From positions 8,618,001-8,682,000 of the forward strand of contig OX597820.1 in the NCBI GenBank assembly GCA_951406725.2: a stretch of DNA of 64,000 nucleotides, written 5' to 3'. The DNA is from Octopus vulgaris (Eukaryota). A program made the translations under genes and the position numbers. This document shows, piece after piece, positions 55,671-64,000 of the stretch (position 1 is its first letter; every line of letters starts with the position of its first letter). The notes under the pieces were generated by a model. The model was not told the origin of the DNA and searched no databases. It worked only from the letters and a program-made list of their open reading frames with translations.

Positions 55671-55952
55671 CACGTGACCGACCAGACCATCAGATGTAGT
55701 TACACAACGCTGGTCACAATGCGTTCGCATTGTTTTAGCCTTCAAATGACGCCACCCCGCTGGCTAAGCGAGCAGGCCAACAGAAGAAAGAGTGGGAGAA
55801 AGAGTGGTGAAAGAGTACAGCAGGGATCGCCACCATCCCCTGCCGGAGCCTCGTGGAGCTCAATAAACACTCACAACGCCCGGTCTGGGAATCGAAACCG
55901 CGATCCTACGACCGCGAGTCCGCTGCCCTAACAACTGGGTCATTGCGCCTCC
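55671..55952 (-). mobile_element. SINE family C, tail variant 3
   Basis: Homologous to 39319-39625; in (TA)n. Confidence 0.88.
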
Positions 55953-55974
55953 ATATATATATATATATATATAT

Positions 55975-56334
55975 ATAAACGGCAAAATGTCTGTGTGTGT
56001 GTGTGTGTGTGTGTATCCTTTATACAATTTTTCAGTTAGAGGGCTCGCACTTTCTATGGTCATTCAAAACCGTCCAAGGGTGGTCGTGCACATCTTTACA
56101 TTTCCCCAGTTACCCAACAAAGCCATTAAAAAATCAATAGAAGTTACTTTTTTGTGAATTTTCTATCCAAAACCCAATCAAAATGCCCGAAACTTGATAC
56201 GCCAATTGAATGCCAGCTAGCTGCATGTGATTGGTTGGAGATTTGGACAGTACTCGCGTGTATGTGCGCACGCACACAGCTGTTTATGCATGCACTAGCA
56301 CCATGACCCGGCAACACCGGGTCATGGTGCTAGT
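55975..56334 (+). mobile_element. Non-autonomous Helitron
   Basis: Ends ACTAGCACCATGACCCGG-CAACA-CCGGGTCATGGTGCTAGT (hairpin plus CTAG). Confidence 0.78.
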
Positions 56335-56388
56335 ATTTGTTATTGAATCAGCAATTCATTGGATGATACCCTAGTGCTAGTGTGTGTG

Positions 56389-56476
<88 letters not shown>

Positions 56477-56477
<1 letters not shown>

Positions 56478-57905
56478 AGAGTGCGTATACCATTTTAGAA
56501 CATGACGTTTTTGAGAGATTACATAAATTGTTTCAGAAAATAATAATGACAGACACTCACCTTAATCCAAGAAACGAAGGGACATGCTGTAATTGTGGCT
56601 TTAAAAGCTGACCACAGCAATTTAAAAGTCACCAATGTTCAGACGGAGTTAGAAGCTTCCGATAGAAGGATGTCATCAGTATCGAAACACACAAAAAAAA
56701 AACATTCCCAACGATCCGACACCATCGGAACACCCGAATTTATCCAACTAGTTCAGCAAGTCATTGACAGAAATCCCAGAAAATCCATGAGGTCAATTAC
56801 AAAAGATCTCTAAGTGTCAGTCGGGTCAATCTTAAATGCTGTCCATGAACACGTGCGGTACAAGTCTTAAGTGGTGAGGCGAGGTCATGTCAGAAAAAGA
56901 AAAGAAAAGGAAAATCGTTTGAGGCGCAGGAGTGGCTGTGTCGTAAGTAGCTTGCTTACCAACCACATGGTTTCGGGTTCAGTCCAACTGCGTGGCACAT
57001 TGGGCAAGTGTCTTCTACTATAACCTCAGGATAACCAAAGCCTTGTGAGTGGGTTTGGTAGACGGAAACTGAAAGAAGCCCGTCGATAGATATATATATA
57101 TATATACATACACGTATATGTTTGTGTGTCTGTGTTCGTCCCCTCAACATCGCTTGACAACCGATGTGGGTGTGTTTATGTCCCCGTCACTTAGCGGTTC
57201 GGCAAGAGAGACCGATAGAATAAGTACTGGATTTACAAAGAATAAGTCCTGGGGTCGATTTGCTCGACTAAAGGTGGTGCTCCAGCATGGCCGCAGTCAA
57301 ATGGCTGAAACAAATAATAGAAGAAAAAAAGAATAAACAAATTAGAAACCCAGAACATGACATGATTTAGTTTTTCTCAGACGAGCAAAACTTTGAGCAG
57401 GACCGGCGTGGTGGCTTTGGAATTGTCACTAATGAAGGATATGTGATGCTTCCTCCCTCCTTTCCACAAGGTCTTAGGATTAACTCTGTTGGCTACATTG
57501 AAGCCCTGGAAATAGTTTTCAGGCTATGGATGGATAAAGTACGCAATGGGAGGCTGTACGTGTCTCAGCAGGACTCTGAACCATCACATAAGGCTCAGGT
57601 AACCCAAGAACGGATGGCTGACAATTTTCATGACCCTTAACATTTGACCTCCGAGTTCACGAGCTCTCAGTCCATTGGACTATTGTGACATCAATCACCA
57701 TCCCCATAACATTAAGGAGTTTTTGAAAGCTGCCAGTCAGAGTAATGTCCGATGTGAACCCGGACCCTTTAATTCGAGCATGGAGACGATTTTGATCTCA
57801 CATAAAAGCAGTCCTTGATACTGAAGGTGATTATGTTGCCTAAGATAATAAAAAAGATCATCTAGTTTATATTTACAAATTTTCGTCCTACTCCTAAATA
57901 TGTCT
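56477..57905 (+). mobile_element. Second Tc1/mariner remnant related to 18412-19645, interrupted by SINE A (56921-57335)
   Basis: TPEFIQLVQQVIDRNPRKSMRSI; FFSDEQ; QQDSEPSHKA; PLDY. Confidence 0.8.
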
Positions 57906-57948
57906 CCAACAATAATAACTCTTTGCTAGAGTGGGTCATGATGCCCCA

Positions 57949-58270
57949 TCATCATCATCATCATTGTTCGACCGTGATCGAGACAATGGAATTTACCATG
58001 CTACGCCAGACTTCACGGTCCATCATGGCATTACGGAGGTCCTGTTGCTGGATGCCTGTATCCCTGGAGATTACATCAGGGTAGGAGAGTGTGCGCCCTC
58101 TGGTATTGCGAGTAGATGGCTTCCAGAGGAGAAGAGTAGAAATTACCTCTTTTTCAGCTCTACAACAATGTCCAGCAAACTGGACTCTCCTACCTTTCAC
58201 AAGAGATGACACAGGTGGTAGTTTCCCATATATTTGGACTTTGGTTGGATGGCGCTTCCACGAGAGATGG
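57949..58270 (-). mobile_element. RTE-clade LINE 3' end
   Basis: RRVQFAGHC.R...LLLWKP...AMMDREVW; (TGA)n tail; TGCCCCAT duplicated on both flanks. Confidence 0.85.
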
Positions 58271-59272
58271 TGCCCCATATAGGATTAAAAGACTTCACCA
58301 GCTGGTGCTATTAAGTTAGATATGGCCTGGGCCAATGCTGGCCGAAACCTAAGGTATGCTTTTCAAAACAAGAAACAAATTTATCTTCAAATACTTTGGG
58401 CAGCCTGCATACACTCACTCACACACACACACACACACACACACACGCAGAGAGAAAGAGAGAGAGAGAAATTAGTTGAAAATGCACTGTGGGTGGGGGG
58501 GGGTGTCTTTTAGATGGTTTGTTTTTTAAAGGCTTAATTTAAACCAAAGTATCTGGTGTGATTAAAACAAAACATGCCAGCTGCGAAACAAGTTACTTGA
58601 ACTATTTATTTCTATAACAAAAGCAACCAGACCGGCTCTGAAACCATAAAGGTTGCTCTGTGTGTGTAGAGAGAGAAATAAAATAACTGGTATGACATGA
58701 ATTTTTTCTCTCTGGTTAAATAAAAGATTATGAAAATCCCTTACAAAAATCTCCTTTTGAACTATCGTCTATTTAAAGTCATTTAGTTAGTCAACTGAAG
58801 GTTGACGGAGCATTTAACAAGATTGTAGCAGTGAATGGAGCGGGATTTTACTTTGAAAGTGGGTTCGATGAACAATTTAGCTAGCAATGGGAAATAGGAC
58901 GAGAGACTAGTAATGAAGAGCAACTGATAAACAAGCTTTTGTTCAGGTGAATGAGGACTAAAAAAAACAAGACGTGTGAAAATTCAAGAATATATAATTA
59001 CTTATATAAAATCACACGGGTTTCTTTAACAATGGGATTGTTCCTTTGTAGATTTTTTTCATTTGTTATTGCTAATTACTAATACAGTTGTGACCTAATT
59101 GAACACAACATCACGGCAGATTGTATCTATCATCAGTCATTACTCATATTTCACAGGTGAGTGGACCGAGCAACGCAAAAAGGGAGGCGTTCGACAATAA
59201 GAGGAATCTAGGTTATAATCTTAAGACCAGGAGTGCAACACCCGAAACACTAAACCACGTGCCTCCATGTGT

Positions 59273-59288
59273 TGGTGTGGGTGTGGGT

Positions 59289-59321
<33 letters not shown>

Positions 59322-59329
59322 TGTGTGTG

Positions 59330-59370
<41 letters not shown>

Positions 59371-59775
59371 GTGTGTGTGTGTGTGTGTGTTTGTGTGTGT
59401 GTTTGTTTGTGTGTGTGTGTTTGTGTGTGTGTTTGTGTGTGTGTGTGCGCGTGTGTTTGTGTGTGTGTGTGCGCGTGTGTGTGTGCGTGTGTGTTTGTGT
59501 GTGTGTGTGTTTGTGTGTGTTTGTGTGTGTTTGTGTGTGTGTTTGTGTTTGTGTGTGTTTGTGTGTGTGTGTGTGTGTTTGTGTGCGTGTGTGTGTTTGT
59601 GTTTGTGTGTACGTGCGTTTGTGTGTGTGTGTGTTTGTGTGTGCGCGTGTGTGTGTGTGTGTGTTTGTGTTTGTGTGTGTTTGTGTTTGTGTGTGTATGT
59701 GTGTGTGTTTGTGTGTGTGTGTTTGTGTACGTGTGTTTGTGTGTGTGTGTGTTTGTGTGTCTGCGTGTGTGTGTA
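59273..59775. repeat. Degenerate (TG)n tract
   Basis: Direct reading. Confidence 0.97.
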
Positions 59776-59920
59776 TACATATCAAATGAGGGAAGAAGTC
59801 AAATCCATATTACAACTGTTTCTGTAAACAGACGAAATCATTTATTCCATATATTTCACCCAACGCTAAGCAGTTCATACACTGTTATCTTAATATATGA
59901 CTTGATATATTGTAACATAC

Positions 59921-60310
59921 AAGGCGGCGAGCACGCCGGGCGAAATGCGTAGCCGTATTTCGTCTGCCGTTACGTTCTGAGTTCAAATTCCGCCGAGGTC
60001 GACTTTGCCTTTCATCCTTTCGAGGTCGATTAAATAAGTACCAGTTACGCAATGCACTGGAGTCGATATAATCGACTTAATCCGTTGTTTCTCTGTCCTT
60101 GTTTGTCCCCTCTGTGTTTAGCCCCTTGAGGGTAGTAAAGAAATAGGTATTTCGTCTGCCGCTACATTCTGAGTTCGAATTCCGCCGAGGTCGACTTTGC
60201 CTTTCATCCTTCCGGGGTTGATAAATTAAGTACCAGTTGCGTACTGGGGTCGATCCTCCCCCCTCCCACCACCACCAAATTTCGGGCCTTGTTCCTAGAG
60301 TAGAAAAGAA
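59921..60310 (+). mobile_element. SINE family B dimer; the second unit carries the alternative tail
   Basis: Unit 1 ends AAAGAAATA; unit 2 ends CTAGAGTAGAAAAGAA; TGTAACATA on both flanks. Confidence 0.85.
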
Positions 60311-60540
60311 TATACTGTAACATATAATAATATTCTTATAGTCAGTTAACTTCTTTGGATGTTATGACTTGAGGGCACGAGTTCATAATGGGGACATTCT
60401 TTTGCTAGTCTGTTTATTGCAAATGCCAAACGTCGCGTTAATGCTATTAAATGGCCGGTTGTCATTCTACAGCAAATACCTTAAGTTTTTTTTATTTACT
60501 CATCTGCCTTTTATTATGATTAATTGTCTTAATTTTACAG

Positions 60541-60664
60541 GAAATATCAAGTGAAAGCTTGTAATCATTGCCGCAGCCAAATGACTAAAACAAGTCAATT
60601 AATAATGCCCCAAAGAACTCATCTCCCCAAAATTCATCAGATTGATCGTGTCTTCAAATCATGA
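60541..60664 (+). other. Speculative terminal exon with a C2H2-finger-like peptide
   Basis: TTTTACAG acceptor, then KYQVKACNHCRSQMTKTSQLIMPQRTH...stop; no homology confirmed. Confidence 0.2.
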
Positions 60665-60882
60665 CATCTGAGAAAATGCCTGGACTAGAGGAATATTATT
60701 ACATATTTTCACAGATTACGGCGTCGTCTGTGTCACATGATATGAGATTTGGAATGTATGTATCTATAAACATCCTTATCTGCACCCGAGAATATATTAA
60801 AAACAGGTTTGCGAAATTTGCCGGGAACATAATTTATGGCAACGTAAAAGTACATTTTTGGAAGAAAAAGCGGTACGTGCAA

Positions 60883-60944
<62 letters not shown>

Positions 60945-61136
60945 GGTTTGGAGATGTTTGTACAGGTAATTTATATTACAAGAAATGAGATACTCAGAAA
61001 TTCGGATGGTTTTATATTTGCAGATATTTATTTGTATATCACATGTTTTTATACATCATATAACTTAGATCATATATTAGTGCTTTCGTCCATTCTGGTG
61101 GAGTTTTCAAATTGAACTTTCATGTTTGGATTAACT

Positions 61137-61193
61137 ACACTTACATACATGCATACATACACACACACATACATACACACACACATACACACA

Positions 61194-61227
<34 letters not shown>

Positions 61228-61365
61228 CATACACACACACATACATATACATACATACAGACAGACACACACATGTACACATACACGCATGCAAACACAT
61301 ACATACATACACACACACACATACTATACACACATACATACATACACACACGCGTATACATACAT

Positions 61366-61396
<31 letters not shown>

Positions 61397-62700
61397 TACA
61401 CCCGTACATACATACATACACACACACTTACATACACACACATACATACACATTTACACACACACACATACATACACACACGCATACATATACATACACA
61501 CACACATACACACATACATACATATATACACACATACACACATACATACATAGATACATACATACACAAACATACATATACACACACACATACACACACA
61601 CGCACGCACACATACACATACACACACACACATATATATACACACACACGTACATACACACATACACACAAACTTACACACATACACATACATACATACA
61701 CACACATACACACACACATACACACACATACATACATACATACGCACATACGCACATACACACACATATACATACATACACACACACATACACACACATA
61801 TATATACATACATACATACACACACACATGCACACATACACGCATGCATACATACATACATACATACACACACACATAATACACTACATACATAGATACA
61901 TACATACATGCACACACATACATAAACATACATATGTACACACACGCACAAACACACATACACGCATGCAAAAATACATACATACACACATACGTACATA
62001 CATACATACATACACACACACTTACACACATACACACACACATACATACGTACGTACATACATACATACACACACACATACACACACACATACATACATA
62101 CATACATACATACATACATACACACATATACACATACACACATACATACATACACACACGCATACATACACACATACACACACACATACATACATACACA
62201 CACGCATACATATACATACATACACATACACACACATACACACATACATACACACACACATATAAACACACATATAAGCCCCTACATTGTACACACACGC
62301 ACACATATATACATACATTCACTCGCACGCACGTACACACACACGCACACACACACATTTACATATATATATATACTATACACTCACACACACATACACA
62401 CGTACAAACACACACAAACTCACATACACACCGACAGATATACATACACAATAAACACCCATTCGCGCACGCACACATACACACAAACACATACAAACGC
62501 ACACATACACGCACACACATACACGTACATACATACACTCTCACACAAATGAACCCACACATACATCCCTACACACACACACGCACGTACAAGCACACAC
62601 GCACTAGGTTAAACAGTTACTCGCCACACACCCACACTCTACGCATACACACACGAACACACACATGCACACACACACACTACAAACAACACACACACAT
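61137..62700. repeat. Degenerate (CA/CATA)n tract
   Basis: Direct reading. Confidence 0.97.
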
Positions 62701-63054
62701 GATACATATAGCCCTTTGTTTTTTTGACCCGGCTTTGACCTGGCTTGATACAAACAGCTAGTAGTCATTATGACAGCTGGCTTTGTCATTGCCTTTATTC
62801 ACCAAACATACACACACACACACACACGCACAAACACACTTGTCATCTTGCACACACACACACACGCACGCACAAACACACTTGTCATCTTGCACACACA
62901 CACACACGCATTCCTTTTTTGGAACTCTCTTGCCTTGTAAAACCATGTTTCGACCACCTTCAACTTCTGTTCTTTCAACATGTGATCTCTTGAGCACCAC
63001 CAGCTCAAATATTGTCTCCTCTGTCTTCCCTCCTTGGGATCTTTCCTTCTCCTT

Positions 63055-63089
63055 GTTTCCGACGAAGAGCTCCGCTCGAAACGTTAAAC
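63055..63089 (+). ncRNA. Minimal hammerhead motif (CCGACGA variant) in a PLE-like 3' end terminating at (TA)n near 63198
   Basis: GTTT-CCGACGA-A-GAGC(TCC)GCTC-GAA-ACGT-T-AAAC: all stems pair; palindromic stem III. Confidence 0.8.
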
Positions 63090-63193
63090 CCTCCTTCCCT
63101 TCTTTCTTGAGCGTCAATAATACTTTAATTGTTCCACGTCCTGCGTTGCTGTGTTTTTTTTCTCTTTTTTTCTGTGTTTTCTTGTTTGGATTA

Positions 63194-63272
<79 letters not shown>

Positions 63273-63277
<5 letters not shown>

Positions 63278-63530
63278 ATCAACCGATAAGGGTGAGAAAA
63301 TTGGGTACTAATTTAATAGCACATCCATTTACCACCAAGTGGGTTAGTGCATAAAAAACCCGGATTACGACACATTTTATACATAAATATAAGAGAGTGA
63401 CCACTATGTGGTCTACTCTAGCACTAAAAATAGATCCGCAAGGTTTCAACGGAAACAATTTCTTTTGTGGCTGAAACCTTGCGGATCTATTTTTAGTGCT
63501 AGAGTATACCACATGGTGGTCACTCTCTTA

Positions 63531-63537
<7 letters not shown>
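63273..63537. mobile_element. Fold-back PLE-like 3' end in (TA)n
   Basis: Arms 63383-63448 and 63472-63537, both starting at TGAAACC. Confidence 0.75.
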
Positions 63538-63610
<73 letters not shown>

Positions 63611-63616
<6 letters not shown>

Positions 63617-63940
63617 TTATAAGTATATGAAAGAATGGAGTTGAACGACTAGTTAACAAATATCCTTTATTCTCGACATATGTTTCGAAGGCTGCATCTT
63701 CCTATATTTAAGTACCTTCGAAACATATGTCGAGAATAAAGGATATTTGTTAACTAGTCGTTCAACTCCATTCTTTCATATACTTATAATTTTAAAATAA
63801 ACATAAAAATTTCCGCATGAAGACACGTAGTCTATGCCCTAGGGACGTAGCTTCAACCGTGTTCTTTCTGATGTGAATTTGCTTCCCAGGTATCGGTTAG
63901 CTTTCGAATTATCCTTAATAAGATAATTCATTCAATTACT

Positions 63941-63945
<5 letters not shown>
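63611..63945. mobile_element. Fold-back PLE 3' end in (TA)n with hammerhead 3' halves
   Basis: Perfect 81 bp arms 63611-63691 and 63715-63795; GAA-ACATATGT-C (GUC site) in both. Confidence 0.85.

Positions 63946-64000
<55 letters not shown>

Overview
This is an AT-rich, repeat-dominated animal genomic window, probably octopus or another cephalopod (inferred from the SINE families and microsatellite load), with no confidently identifiable host gene. Most provided ORFs are microsatellite or SINE translations. Supported features: three tRNA-headed SINE groups (A, B, C; over 30 copies or units), a decayed full-length Mag-like Gypsy LTR element (20861-28279) with nested SINEs, a Gypsy integrase fragment split by a solo LTR, R4/Dong-like, CR1-like, Tx1-like and RTE LINE fragments, two Tc1/mariner remnants, a MITE, three non-autonomous Helitron copies, and many Penelope-like element (PLE) pieces. 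The most notable signal is a set of minimal type I hammerhead ribozyme motifs of different sequence in PLE 3' ends next to (TA)n tracts: five near-intact, several decayed or half. Five head-to-head fold-back insertions have their junctions in or beside the hammerhead. Other observations: a loop-flipped, co-varying Helitron terminal palindrome, multimeric SINE insertions under one TSD, one SINE head with alternative tails, a SINE/LINE shared 3' stem-loop, and an 18S rRNA 5'-like hairpin inserted in a GIY-YIG endonuclease gene. All calls were made by eye; no database searches were run.
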